From Thermoanaerobaculia bacterium (GTDB taxonomy: Bacteria > Acidobacteriota > Thermoanaerobaculia > Multivoradales > UBA5704), in assembly GCA_044226625.1 (NCBI GenBank), contig JBGAGQ010000008.1:71836-135835 (forward strand): a stretch of DNA of 64,000 bases, given 5' to 3'. The position numbers were made by a program, and so were the translations under genes. Shown piece after piece: positions 27,573 through 39,397 of the stretch (position 1 is its first letter; each line of letters opens with the position of its first letter). The notes under the pieces were generated by a model. The model did no database searches. It saw only the letters and a list, made by a program, of their open reading frames with translations, and was not told the DNA's origin.

Positions 27573-30500
27573 CTAGTTCGGCCCATAGTACTTGAGCCGA
27601 AGTTTTCCGCTTGCAAGAACCTCGGCTTCGAGCACGGCACCTAGTGGATTGAAGCGTAAATCCAGCTCGCCAAGGGGCTCGAGCGACTCGTCACACACGA
27701 GCGCGGATCGGTCGCTACGAGCTATCAGGCGAACAAACGATCCCTTCGCCGGCTCCTGCCCATGCCACCGAGGCGTAGCCTCGCTTGTTCGCCGGTTCCA
27801 CTGATGCGGATACTCCCCGATTTCCGGCGTCGCCAGGCGGCCCCAAAGAAGGCGGTGGTCGTCGTATTCCCAGAAGTCCTGCGCCTCAAGCACAGGCTCG
27901 TTTCCCTTGATCCACTCGCGCATCGCGGCCAAAGACGTGAAGTTGGCGGAGAGTTTCGTCGTCACCCAAACTGCGCCAATGCGTGACGCAAAGCCAGCTT
28001 GACAGAGAAGGGCCGCAGGTATCGACGGCACCCCATGAGTCAGCGCGAGCATTGGACCATCGCCAAGTTCCACTGCGCGAGAGTGTCCAGTACTCAACGC
28101 TTGGACGCGCACCGCCTCGGCAGCCCACACGAGTCGAAAGACAACACCGTCCTGCACAAACGTTTGCGTTTGCTGCTCCTGGCGGGTTGTAAGGCCTTCG
28201 AGAATCTCGCTGAAGGCCGTTCCCGTGACCCACTTGTCGAGCACCTCGCGCCAATTATCCGGTGGCTTTCGCACCGAGAAGTGAGGGTCGGCAGTCACGC
28301 GGTCTGCAAAGCTCAATGCGAGTGCCGCGACCTCCGTTTTGTCTGCTTTTAGGACGGCCGCCTGGAGGTCGGCCAGGATGTCGGTCAGTTCGTTTAGCTG
28401 GTCGAAAATGAAAGCTCCTGTTCGAGCGCCGAGACCCGCCGAGAAATAGGCCCGTCGCTGCTCGACGCTAGTTTTCCGCCAGAGCCAACGCGCTCGTGAG
28501 GTGATGACCTCTCGCTGCCATAGCTGTATATCAGCGGTCATATGATCGAGGGTGCGCTTCCAAAGCGAGTCCTTGAGGATCTCATCGAGGGCGGCAGCGA
28601 GTTGATCGACTGAGGTGTCCAGAGGGTCCACGAGTGACAGGACCGCGACATCGAGATCTGCCAAGTACTCGTCCAACGAACGGATCCCCTGGTCATCGTC
28701 ATCATCAAGGTGCTCGGGCGACGCGAGACGTTCTTCGGACCACAGGTCGGTGTTGTTCGCGACGTACTCTAGAAATTTCGCCGCATCGACACCCAGCTTC
28801 GACGAGATCCTCGAAGCGAGTTCGGACACCAGGTGGGCGAGTCCGCTGACTAGGCGCTGGTCCCGTGACTCCTTGATAAGTTGTCCAAACTGCCCGTGTC
28901 GCGTTTCGCGTGAGTTCCCCGTTTCGAAACTGGGCAAGACTATGATCCCATCGAGGTCCACATAGGCACGGCCTGCTCGACCGACGACATTCGCGAATTC
29001 AGCAGCCGAAATTGGGGCGTGCCGCTTCTTTTCCGGGTCGAAGCGCGTGAGAGACCGAAACACAAGGACGCTGCATGAGAGGTCAACACCTTGTGCCAAG
29101 GTCGGCGATGCAACAACAACTGGCAGACGCTTTCGTTCCAACAGTTCCTCGATCGCGCTCTGGAAAGGGCGCGGCAACGCACCATGGTGGGTGCCGACGC
29201 CCAACTCGAGCGCCTCGACAGCCGGGTGATTCTTCCCGAGCCACTCGCGCCCGATGGCCAACGCCGTCACGAGTTCGAAAGGGTCGGGAGCTTTGATGTC
29301 CGAGAGATACCCTTGCTTCCGAACCTGCGTGAACCCCCGGACGAGCGGATCAATCTGGTTACGCTGCGGAGAATAGATGAGGACAGCGTTGCCGTCGCGC
29401 GCGAAGGCATTTGCCGCAGCGAGGCAAAACTCAATCTCCTCGGCGGGGAAGGGTCTCTTTCTTCGCCCCTTAGGCGGCTGCTGTTCGACGAATCGCGTGA
29501 CATAAGCTTCCTCGCCCTCAAGAAAGGAGAGCCGGGCAGTCCCTCTCTTTTTAAACCAATCGAGCAGTGCCAGTCTTCGCCGCGTGGGACGCCACTCAAC
29601 GTGGATAGGTTCGCCGTCGGCATCGTTTCGAAGCCACGCGGCGAAATCTTTGAAGTAAGCGTCCTGCGGATTGAACATCGCGGAAAGGCACACGATTCGT
29701 CGCTTCCCGGCGTCCTCGCGCCGAAGCAACCTCTGGATGAGGACCTCGTACCGAATCTCTCGGCTGCCGAGCCCGATCATGTGCCCTTCGTCTAAAACGA
29801 CGAGCTCGACATCGTCAAGCACGTGAACATCCTGGCGTAGCGCAAAATCCAGCTTCTCGGGTGTCGCTACGACGACATCGGCATCAATCAGTGTTTGCCT
29901 ATCAACCGCGGAAGCTCCGATTGCCCCGTAGAGCGAAGTAACTGCTGCGCCGAGGGGGACAAACGTCCTCGCCAACACGCGCTCGACCTGCGCTGACAGT
30001 GCACGCAGCGGTGTGACGTAGACGACCCGCTTCTTATCGGCCAGTGTCCGGAGAATGCAAAGCTCCGCGATCTTCGTCTTGCCGGCGCTCGTCGGCAGCG
30101 CGATAACGAGATCGTCGGTTGAGTCGACCGATCGCTGCGCCGCCTCAAGCTGCGAAGGCCAAAGGTCGACGTGCGGCGGCTTTCGCACCGCGAGCTGGGC
30201 GATGAAGTTACGACGAAGGTCGCCCCATCGATTGGGGAGCTCGCCGCTGGGCCCCCCGTCGTCCGGGAGCTGGACGTGAAGGCACTGGTCCCAGAGATCC
30301 CGAACAAGATGAATCGTCAGCGTCGCAACCCACCAGATGGGGACGTTTCCGGTGTCGCCGGCGACCGCTACGAGTTTGGCGAGGGCCGCAATTGCGGACT
30401 CGTAGCGCGCTCGCTCGCCGGTAAGCAATGCGGTATCGGCCAACCCGAGCGCACGAAAGTAGATCGTCGTCAGGGCCAGCACCAACGCATCCTCGGGACC

Positions 30501-31064
30501 GAATTCGTCGTCTACGTTCGCGAGTCGGCGCGCAATCGCTTCGTCGGAGTGTTCGGCCCGTCCCAACCAATCTAGGATCAGCTCGCGTAGCACGAGGAGG
30601 TCGCGACGTAGCAAGAATGCCAGGGCGTGCTCGCTCGAAGCGAGGTTCTTGTCGAGGACGGACCGCGGCAGCATTGAGTACGAACGCGCGGCATACCCGG
30701 CGAGATGGAAGGCCGTGGCACCGACCACCAGGTGCCGACCCTGATCACCATCGCTCGGATCGCCTCGGCGAACCGCCGACTCGATTGCTTCCGCCGCGGC
30801 GACGAATGCGTCCTTTGTCTCGAATTCCCCGTTTGCGCGTGTCAGATTTGTGTCCCGTAACTCGAGCGCCAACACCAGCACCGCATAACCGAAATCGAGG
30901 AGATCGGCGCTGAGGTTGTCCACGAATGAAGGACGGCCTTCGGGAACGATGCCGTCGCGCCACACCATCCCTCGGGCAATGCCCTTGGCCCGAAGGCGAC
31001 CGCGGAAATCTGGCCCAAGATAGCGGTCGAGCGACCGACGGATTTCCTCAGGGTTTTGAGCCAT
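27573..31064 (-). CDS. hamB: Hachiman HamB, Ski2-like DEAD/DEAH helicase
   Basis: PTSAGKT Walker A, DEGH, TPEK, HHG, TLAQGV, GRAGR; long helical N-terminus; overlaps hamA. Confidence 0.85.
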   Translation of the reverse strand: MAQNPEEIRRSLDRYLGPDFRGRLRAKGIARGMVWRDGIVPEGRPSFVDNLSADLLDFGYAVLVLALELRDTNLTRANGEFETKDAFVAAAEAIESAVRRGDPSDGDQGRHLVVGATAFHLAGYAARSYSMLPRSVLDKNLASSEHALAFLLRRDLLVLRELILDWLGRAEHSDEAIARRLANVDDEFGPEDALVLALTTIYFRALGLADTALLTGERARYESAIAALAKLVAVAGDTGNVPIWWVATLTIHLVRDLWDQCLHVQLPDDGGPSGELPNRWGDLRRNFIAQLAVRKPPHVDLWPSQLEAAQRSVDSTDDLVIALPTSAGKTKIAELCILRTLADKKRVVYVTPLRALSAQVERVLARTFVPLGAAVTSLYGAIGASAVDRQTLIDADVVVATPEKLDFALRQDVHVLDDVELVVLDEGHMIGLGSREIRYEVLIQRLLRREDAGKRRIVCLSAMFNPQDAYFKDFAAWLRNDADGEPIHVEWRPTRRRLALLDWFKKRGTARLSFLEGEEAYVTRFVEQQPPKGRRKRPFPAEEIEFCLAAANAFARDGNAVLIYSPQRNQIDPLVRGFTQVRKQGYLSDIKAPDPFELVTALAIGREWLGKNHPAVEALELGVGTHHGALPRPFQSAIEELLERKRLPVVVASPTLAQGVDLSCSVLVFRSLTRFDPEKKRHAPISAAEFANVVGRAGRAYVDLDGIIVLPSFETGNSRETRHGQFGQLIKESRDQRLVSGLAHLVSELASRISSKLGVDAAKFLEYVANNTDLWSEERLASPEHLDDDDDQGIRSLDEYLADLDVAVLSLVDPLDTSVDQLAAALDEILKDSLWKRTLDHMTADIQLWQREVITSRARWLWRKTSVEQRRAYFSAGLGARTGAFIFDQLNELTDILADLQAAVLKADKTEVAALALSFADRVTADPHFSVRKPPDNWREVLDKWVTGTAFSEILEGLTTRQEQQTQTFVQDGVVFRLVWAAEAVRVQALSTGHSRAVELGDGPMLALTHGVPSIPAALLCQAGFASRIGAVWVTTKLSANFTSLAAMREWIKGNEPVLEAQDFWEYDDHRLLWGRLATPEIGEYPHQWNRRTSEATPRWHGQEPAKGSFVRLIARSDRSALVCDESLEPLGELDLRFNPLGAVLEAEVLASGKLRLKYYGPN

Positions 31065-31800
31065 GGATCGCGTAGACCGCTTCGACAAAGTCACCGTGGT
31101 CGGAGATCACGACGGCCGCCACAGTCCTCTTGATGCCGGTCTTCTTCGGTTTGGGCATGGCCGCAAGAAGTGTGCTCGGATCCTTCCCTACAAGGGTGAA
31201 GACTAGGTGTTGCAAGTCCTTCGCCTCGATCGCGCCGCTGGCCTGAAGTTCCTCGAATACCTTCCCCTCAGCATCTCGTTTATCCTCATAGAGACGCTTC
31301 GCGATGAAGGCAAGAGTCGACGGATTCGGCCGTCCGTCGTGGCAGTCGAGCCCTTCCGCTGCCCCCCTCAGGGTGGCTTCAGACATCTTCATAGCGCTTT
31401 TAGACTCACCCTTTAAGACTCGGATGGAACTTCCGTTCTGCGCAACTGCAATCACGTCGTTGCCGTGCATTGGCATCTTCCGGTCACTCTTCCAGCGAAG
31501 TTTGCGAATCGGAACTCGGAAGGATGTCTGGGTGTCCACGTACTCTGTGGCGATCAGCTCTCCGAGGTCCCCTGACTGCGTGCGTTTCGTCGTAGGCAGG
31601 CTATTTAGTATGGTATTCGCTGCCTTCGAAAAGCCGCCCATTTTCAGGACGATCTCCACTCCGACAAAATGCTCGATGAGCAGCTTGCCCAGCTCCTTCA
31701 AACCAGCAGAGCGGCCATTGACGCGCTCCCCGTAGAGAGGTACGCCAATCGCAGTCGAAGGCACGGATTCCAACCAGTCGGTGAACAAATTGCTCGGCAA
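31048..31800 (-). CDS. hamA: Hachiman HamA (DUF1837-like PD-(D/E)xK nuclease)
   Basis: SGDLGE, KLRWK...MHGND, GESK motifs; GGAGG plus TTG start at 31800; directly upstream of the helicase. Confidence 0.85.
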   Translation of the reverse strand: MPSNLFTDWLESVPSTAIGVPLYGERVNGRSAGLKELGKLLIEHFVGVEIVLKMGGFSKAANTILNSLPTTKRTQSGDLGELIATEYVDTQTSFRVPIRKLRWKSDRKMPMHGNDVIAVAQNGSSIRVLKGESKSAMKMSEATLRGAAEGLDCHDGRPNPSTLAFIAKRLYEDKRDAEGKVFEELQASGAIEAKDLQHLVFTLVGKDPSTLLAAMPKPKKTGIKRTVAAVVISDHGDFVEAVYAIHGSKP

Positions 31801-32026
31801 GTTTCGACCTCCCGCGGGCCAGGTTCCGCTAACTGCGTGGCGCATGCAAGCACACAAATACTAATTGATGAGGCCGCCTTCGGCCTACCTACCGCAGCGG
31901 CCTGTTCGGTGGCAGAAAGTCACCGGCGAGCAGAGAGCAATGCAAGTCGCGGATAGATAGCCGGAATCAAGAGGGTGGGAAGCGATCCAGCATCGGCCAA
32001 CTTGGAGGCGTGTTACTACTAAGCGC

Positions 32027-32110
32027 ATGTCGCGCAAGCTCACCACGACCGTCCGGTTGGACCCCGAGGATGCCGACAGGTTCGGCCTCCCCAGGGGCCG
32101 CGCGGACTGA
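32027..32110 (+). pseudogene. Truncated ribbon-helix-helix (CopG-like) ORF remnant
   Basis: Manual translation MSRKLTTTVRLDPEDADRFGLPRGRAD*; N-terminus has an RHH strand-helix pattern; AT-rich TACTACT just upstream. Confidence 0.35.
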
Positions 32111-32165
32111 CGTTCAACCGCCGGTCGATGGATGTCACTCCTCTACGGATCCCTGCCTCTCCGCT

Positions 32166-33719
32166 TCACCTCAAGCCGCGGATGAAGGCCCGGATATCCG
32201 CCGAGAGCGCGGCGAGCGAGGCGTCGCGGAGGTACATCATGTGCCCTCCCTCGTAGGTCTTGAGCGTGACGCGGTCCTTCGGGATGCCGCTGTGGTTGAA
32301 CGTCTGCTCGACACCGTAGAAGGTGGTCGTCAGGTCGTAGTAGCCTCCCGCCACGAACACGCGGAAGTCTCGGTTCGTCGCCGCCGCCTGGGCCAGATAG
32401 TCGGTCGTGTTCAGGAATCCCGCGAAGGCGTTCTGCTGGTTCGCGGGCCGTTTCCAAGCGCCTCCGGCGCGCTCCTGGAAGACCTCGTAGCTCTCCCCCA
32501 TGTCGACCTTCAGATCGTCGGTGAGGTAGCCGTTGATCGCCGTCACGAACGGTCCGGCGATGCCGAATAGGAAGGGATCCCAGGCGACGAACTCGCCGGC
32601 CTCGTCGGGGTCCTTGCCGCGGAAGCGGGTGTCGTGGATCGCGAGGACCTGGCCGCGATCGCGCAGCAGCTCCTTGAGGAAATGGTCCACCGACACGCGC
32701 AGGTGGCTCCGGCGCAGGTACGCCTCCGAAAGGCCCGTGAAGCGGTGGAGCTTCGCGGCGACCGCCGCGGTGTCCGCCTCGGAAAGGGAGTCGCCCCGAA
32801 AGAGCGCCGTCAGGTACTCGGTCGCGGCGAACTCGCGCGCCTCGGCGAGGAACGCCTGGAAATCCGCCGGCTTGTCCGGGAGCTGGTTGTGGTAGTACGC
32901 CGTCGCCGCGTACGTCGGCAGCCCGGTCGCGTAGGCGAGGTCGTTGCCCGGCGCGCCGGACAGGAAGATGCGGACGTCGGTCGCGGTCGAGATCAGGATC
33001 ACGCCGTTGAACGCGACGCCATCCAGGACGTCCAGCGATAGGTCGCGCACCAGCACGCTCGCCCGGATCGTGCCGTAGCTCTCGCCCGCGAGGTACTTCG
33101 GTGAGGCCCAGCGGCGCTCCCGCGTCAGATAGGTGCGGATGAACGAGGCCATCGAGGCCGCGTCCTCGTCGACGCCCCAGTAATCGCTGTCCTTACCCTC
33201 CCCCAGGGCGTGGCTGTAGCCGGTCCCCACGGGATCGACGAACACCATATCGGTGACGTCGAGCAGGCTGTAGGCGTTCGGTTTCAGCGGGTACGGCGGG
33301 CTACCGGCATCGAGCGGATCGGCGCCGAGGTCGAGCCGCTCGGGACCGAAGGCGCCGAGATGGAGCCAGGTCGCGGTCGAGCCCGGGCCACCGTTGAACA
33401 GGAACGTGATCGGTCGCTTGGCCGGGGCGTCCGCCCCTTCGAGCATGTAGGCGACGCTCCAGATGCTCGCCTTCGGGTTGCCCTTGACGTCCTTGATGAA
33501 GGTCTCCCCCGCCACCGCCTTGTAGCGAAGCGTCTTGCCGCCGATCTCCAGCGTGTGATGGGTGACGAACCTCCTCGGAGACCCGACCGCCGGCTTGCTC
33601 GGCGCCGCGGCGTCGCCTCCAGGGGCCCCAGCGCCCTGGGCGGCCAGTACGCACGGCAGGAACAGGCTCAAAACGAAAACGGGCACGACGAGACCGGTAC
33701 GACGCAATCGACTGGGCAT
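32166..33719 (-). CDS. Secreted serine carboxypeptidase, family S10
   Basis: FNGGPGS, DPVGTGYS, GESYG, GGHMMY. Confidence 0.93.
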   Translation of the reverse strand: MPSRLRRTGLVVPVFVLSLFLPCVLAAQGAGAPGGDAAAPSKPAVGSPRRFVTHHTLEIGGKTLRYKAVAGETFIKDVKGNPKASIWSVAYMLEGADAPAKRPITFLFNGGPGSTATWLHLGAFGPERLDLGADPLDAGSPPYPLKPNAYSLLDVTDMVFVDPVGTGYSHALGEGKDSDYWGVDEDAASMASFIRTYLTRERRWASPKYLAGESYGTIRASVLVRDLSLDVLDGVAFNGVILISTATDVRIFLSGAPGNDLAYATGLPTYAATAYYHNQLPDKPADFQAFLAEAREFAATEYLTALFRGDSLSEADTAAVAAKLHRFTGLSEAYLRRSHLRVSVDHFLKELLRDRGQVLAIHDTRFRGKDPDEAGEFVAWDPFLFGIAGPFVTAINGYLTDDLKVDMGESYEVFQERAGGAWKRPANQQNAFAGFLNTTDYLAQAAATNRDFRVFVAGGYYDLTTTFYGVEQTFNHSGIPKDRVTLKTYEGGHMMYLRDASLAALSADIRAFIRGLR

Positions 33720-33916
33720 GACGGCTCCTTTCAGGAACTGAGTACGCAAGCGGGTGGAGTCTGTTGCATTGAACGGTGCTCGCTCGGAGCCTCGCTCTCC
33801 GCCGATAGGCTTCTGGCGGCCTGCCGCCCCCGCGTGACAAACTTCGCCGACCGTTTTCGGCACCTAAACAACCGGGGCTCTTCGCGGAGGACGCCCCACG
33901 AGTCGGAGGACGCACC

Positions 33917-35656
<1,740 letters not shown>

Positions 35657-35680
35657 TCGGAGCGGGCGCGAAGGGAAGGC

Positions 35681-36280
35681 GTGGCGAAGAGCTATCGGAT
35701 CAACGAGATCTTCCTGAGCCTTCAGGGGGAAGGGGTTCGCGCCGGGACGGCGAACCTCTTCCTCCGCTTCTCGAAGTGCAACCTCGCCTGCCGGGTGGAG
35801 ACCCACGGCTTCGACTGCGACACCGAGTTCGAGTCGGGGCGCGACCTCACGATCGAGGAGATCCTCGCCGAGTTTCGCGCCCTCTCCACCGTCTGCCGCT
35901 GGGTCATCCTGACCGGCGGCGAGCCCGCGCTCCAAGTGGACGAGGAGTTGATCGAGGCGCTTCATACCGCCGGCTACTCGCTGGCGATCGAAACCAACGG
36001 AGCGTTCGAGCTGCCGCCCGGCATCGACTGGATCACCGTCTCGCCGAAGGTGGCCGAGCACGCGATCCGCCAGCGCACCGCCCACGAGGTCAAATACGTC
36101 CGCGGCCACGGCCAAGGCATTCCGAAGACCGTGGTCGAGGCGGAGCATTACCTCCTCTCCCCCGCCTTCGCGGGCGACCGACTCGATCCTCGCGCGCTCG
36201 CCTGGTGCATCCAACTGATAGGGGAAAACCCGATTTGGCGCCTATCCATTCAACAACACAAGCTGTGGGGTGTCCGTTAG
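35681..36280 (+). CDS. queE: 7-carboxy-7-deazaguanine synthase QueE (radical SAM)
   Basis: EIFLSLQGEG, FLRF..CNL.C, CDT, TGGEP, IETNG, SPK, Q.HK. Confidence 0.9.
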   Translation: MAKSYRINEIFLSLQGEGVRAGTANLFLRFSKCNLACRVETHGFDCDTEFESGRDLTIEEILAEFRALSTVCRWVILTGGEPALQVDEELIEALHTAGYSLAIETNGAFELPPGIDWITVSPKVAEHAIRQRTAHEVKYVRGHGQGIPKTVVEAEHYLLSPAFAGDRLDPRALAWCIQLIGENPIWRLSIQQHKLWGVR

Positions 36281-36298
36281 GAGGATAGGGCGCAAGAG

Positions 36299-37279
36299 AT
36301 GATCGGGACCGCGATAACCGAGACGGAAAAGACCGCAACGACCGCGACGCCTGCCACGGACTGTGCCGCGCATCCGGGCACCGGAGCGCTGTACGTCTGC
36401 GACGGCTGCAAGCGGCCGCTCTGCGATTTGTGCATCTCGGCGGGGCACGCGCTGTTGTTCTGCCGCCACTGCGGGGAGCGCGCGCTCCCGCTCGCGCCCG
36501 CCGTCGGGCCTGGCGGGGGAGCCGATGCCCGCCCCTCGCCCGCCGCCACCTCGGCCAAGGAGCACAAACGCCGCAAGGCGATCAACCTGGACTATCGGCT
36601 CGTCCAGGCGTTCGGCTACCCGTTCCGCGGCATGGGGAAGTTTCTCTTCTTCATCGCGCTGTTCTGCCAGGCGGGCGTCGAGATCCTCGTCCGTTTCGGC
36701 GCCGGCGGCTTCCGCTTCATGCTCGCGTTCGGCTTCTGGTCGCTCCTGGTCGGGCTACAGCTCAAGATCGCCCGCTCGACCTGCCTCGGCGACGACGAGC
36801 TGCCCGACTGGCCGGACTATTTCTCGGTCGGCGAGCGGGCGCACGACCTCTGGACGTTCGCGATCCTCACGGTTCTACGCTACGGCCTGCCGGGCCTCTT
36901 CGTGTACGCTGGCAAGAACCTGATCGAACGCGGCGCGGGCCTCCCGTTCTGGATCGGAATCGCCCTCGCCGGCTGGATCGGCGCGGCCGCCTTCGCCACC
37001 GCGCTTGGCGCGGTCGGCCAGTTCAGCCTCGATCTCGCGCCGTACGTCAAGCGCCACGCCCAGGCGTTCTTCGCCTGCGGCGGCGACGCGGTGAGGATCA
37101 CCAACATGATCTTCGGGCTCGACCTCGCGGTCTGGCTCGCCCGCCTCGCCTTCGTCGGCGTGCCGATCGCCAACAGCGCCGTGCCCGGCATCCTGGGAAC
37201 CTATGGGATGTTCGTCTCGGCGCACCTCGCCGGGCTCCTGTTTCGGAGGAATGCGCACCGCCTCGACGAGATCTACTGA
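36299..37279 (+). CDS. B-box-like zinc finger fused to a multi-pass (DUF4013-like) membrane domain
   Basis: CAAH...CDGC..PLCDLC...CRHC; AFGYP, LPDW and several TM helices. Confidence 0.7.
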   Translation: MIGTAITETEKTATTATPATDCAAHPGTGALYVCDGCKRPLCDLCISAGHALLFCRHCGERALPLAPAVGPGGGADARPSPAATSAKEHKRRKAINLDYRLVQAFGYPFRGMGKFLFFIALFCQAGVEILVRFGAGGFRFMLAFGFWSLLVGLQLKIARSTCLGDDELPDWPDYFSVGERAHDLWTFAILTVLRYGLPGLFVYAGKNLIERGAGLPFWIGIALAGWIGAAAFATALGAVGQFSLDLAPYVKRHAQAFFACGGDAVRITNMIFGLDLAVWLARLAFVGVPIANSAVPGILGTYGMFVSAHLAGLLFRRNAHRLDEIY

Positions 37280-37397
37280 TCCAACTCCCCTTGGGTCCAA
37301 GGGGGCTCGACGGCGGACGGTCGGATGAACCCCTCGTGCTAGCATTCGAACGGCTCCGCGAGAGCCCATCCCAACCGAATCGAGGAAGCGAAACCCG

Positions 37398-39089
37398 ATG
37401 TCCACCGAGCGGGAAACCCTGGAGCTCGACGTCGTTTTCGTCGGCGCGGGCCCGGCGAGCCTCGCCGGCGCCTATCGCCTGGCGCGGCGGGTCGAAGAAC
37501 ACAACCGGTCGATCCAAGAAAAGGGCGGCAAGAAGCTCGAGCTCGCGATCGCCGTGCTCGAAAAAGGCAAGGACGCGAGCGCCCACGCGATCTCGGGTGC
37601 CGTGGTCGATCCGCGGGCGATGAAGGAGCTGTTCCCCGACGACTGGCAGAGCGCTCCGTTCGAGGCCGAGGTCGGCAAAGAGAAGCTCCTCTATCTCACC
37701 GAAAAGGGATCTTTTTCGCTCCCGATCCCGCCGCCGCTCAACAACCACGGCTGCTACGTCGCCTCGCTCGGCCGTCTGGTCAAATGGCTCGCCGGCAAGG
37801 TCGAAGGCGCGGGCGTCGACGTGTTCTACGAGTTCCCGGCGGTCGAGGCGCTGATCGAAGAGGGTCGCGTCGTCGGCGTGCGCACGGGCGACAAAGGGGT
37901 CGGCAAGGAAGGACAGAAGAAGGCGAATTACGAGCCCGGCATCGACATCCGCGCCCGCGCGGTGGTGTTCGGTGAGGGGCCGCGCGGGACGATCGCCAAG
38001 CAGCTCGACGAGCGGTTCGCTCTGAGCCAAGGGCAGAACCCGCAGATCTACGCGATCGGCATCAAGGAGATCTGGGAGCTCCCCCCGGGCCGGATCGCGC
38101 CGGGTCAGGTGATCCACACCATGGGCTGGCCGCTCGGCTGGGGGAACTTCGGCGGCGGCTTCCTGTACGGGATGAAGGGCGATCAAGCGATCGTCGGCCT
38201 CGTCGCCGGCCTCGACTATGAGAACCCGCTGTTCGATCCGCACGCCCAGTTCCAGCGGATGAAGACCCACCCGGAGATCTCGAAGATCCTCTCCGGCGGC
38301 AAGATGGCGTTCTACGGCGCGAAGGCGATCCCCGAAGGGGGCTGGTGGTCGATGCCGCGCGCCCACGGCGACGGCTTCCTGATCGTCGGCGACTCGGCCG
38401 GAATGCTCAACAGCCAGCGGCTCAAGGGCATCCACCTCGCGATGAAGTCGGGCATGCTCGCGGCCGACACGATCTTCGAGGCGCTCGTGGACGGCGAGGC
38501 GACCGCCGACCGCCTGGCGCTCTATCGGAAGAAGGTCGAAGAGAGCTGGATCAAGGAGGAGATGTTCCCGGTCCGCAACTTCCACCAGGCGTTCGACCAC
38601 GGCCTGCCGTTCGGCATGCTCCAGGCGGGTCTCGGACTGGTCACCGGTGGCCGCGGCTGGGGCTTCAAGGACCGCCTGCCGACCGAGGCGGGCCACGAAC
38701 GGATGCTCGCGCTCGACTCCCCCCCGGGACGAAAGCTCGACCGGCCGAAGCCGTTCGTCCCCGACGGCGTTCTCACCTTCGATCGCCTGACCGACGTCTA
38801 CAACTCCGGCACCGCCCACGACGAGGACCAGCCGGTCCACCTCCACGTCGCCGACCCGAGCATCTGCGCCGACCAGTGCGCGCGGGCCTACGACAACCCC
38901 TGCCAGCGCTTCTGCCCAGCCGCCGTCTACGAAATGGTCGCGGACCCCTCGACCCCCTCGGGCAAGAGGCTCCAGATCAACGCCAGCAACTGCGTCCACT
39001 GCAAGACCTGCGACATCATGGACCCGTACGAGATCATCACCTGGGTCCCCCCCGAGGGAGGCGGCGGACCGAGCTACGGGAAGATGTAG
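37398..39089 (+). CDS. Electron transfer flavoprotein-quinone oxidoreductase
   Basis: VGAGPAS FAD motif, KGIHLAMKSG, C-terminal FCPA.VYE and NCVHCKTCDI. Confidence 0.95.
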   Translation: MSTERETLELDVVFVGAGPASLAGAYRLARRVEEHNRSIQEKGGKKLELAIAVLEKGKDASAHAISGAVVDPRAMKELFPDDWQSAPFEAEVGKEKLLYLTEKGSFSLPIPPPLNNHGCYVASLGRLVKWLAGKVEGAGVDVFYEFPAVEALIEEGRVVGVRTGDKGVGKEGQKKANYEPGIDIRARAVVFGEGPRGTIAKQLDERFALSQGQNPQIYAIGIKEIWELPPGRIAPGQVIHTMGWPLGWGNFGGGFLYGMKGDQAIVGLVAGLDYENPLFDPHAQFQRMKTHPEISKILSGGKMAFYGAKAIPEGGWWSMPRAHGDGFLIVGDSAGMLNSQRLKGIHLAMKSGMLAADTIFEALVDGEATADRLALYRKKVEESWIKEEMFPVRNFHQAFDHGLPFGMLQAGLGLVTGGRGWGFKDRLPTEAGHERMLALDSPPGRKLDRPKPFVPDGVLTFDRLTDVYNSGTAHDEDQPVHLHVADPSICADQCARAYDNPCQRFCPAAVYEMVADPSTPSGKRLQINASNCVHCKTCDIMDPYEIITWVPPEGGGGPSYGKM

Positions 39090-39172
39090 GGGCGGCGGGC
39101 CGAGCTACCGCAATTTTGACTACCGGCCCCTAACGCGGCAACCCGGCGCGGCCAAGGGAGTAGGCTAAGTCC

Positions 39173-39394
39173 ATGCGAGTCACGTCCGGCACCGTCGTCT
39201 CCGGCCAAGTTGCCCTCGACGAGCCATCGCTCTCCGAAGGAGCAAGCGTCTGGGTCATCAGCCGAGAGGAAAACCAGGAAACTCCACTCACTCCCGACGA
39301 GCTCGCCGGATTGGAAGCAGGGATCGCCGAGGCTGATCGCGGCGAGACGGTCTCGGGCGACGAGTTCTTCGCCCGACTGCGTCGCTTCGGCTAA
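39173..39394 (+). CDS. Putative type II antitoxin (73 aa)
   Basis: Acidic; LEAGIAEADRGETVSGDEFFARL resembles ParD/addiction antitoxin C-termini; precedes a ParE-like fragment. Confidence 0.65.
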   Translation: MRVTSGTVVSGQVALDEPSLSEGASVWVISREENQETPLTPDELAGLEAGIAEADRGETVSGDEFFARLRRFG

Positions 39395-39397
39395 AAC

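Noticed and set aside
27486-32052. Shared CCACGACC on both flanks of the Hachiman insert as a target-site duplication
   Set aside because: An 8-bp GC-rich match is expected by chance and does not clearly coincide with the composition boundaries.
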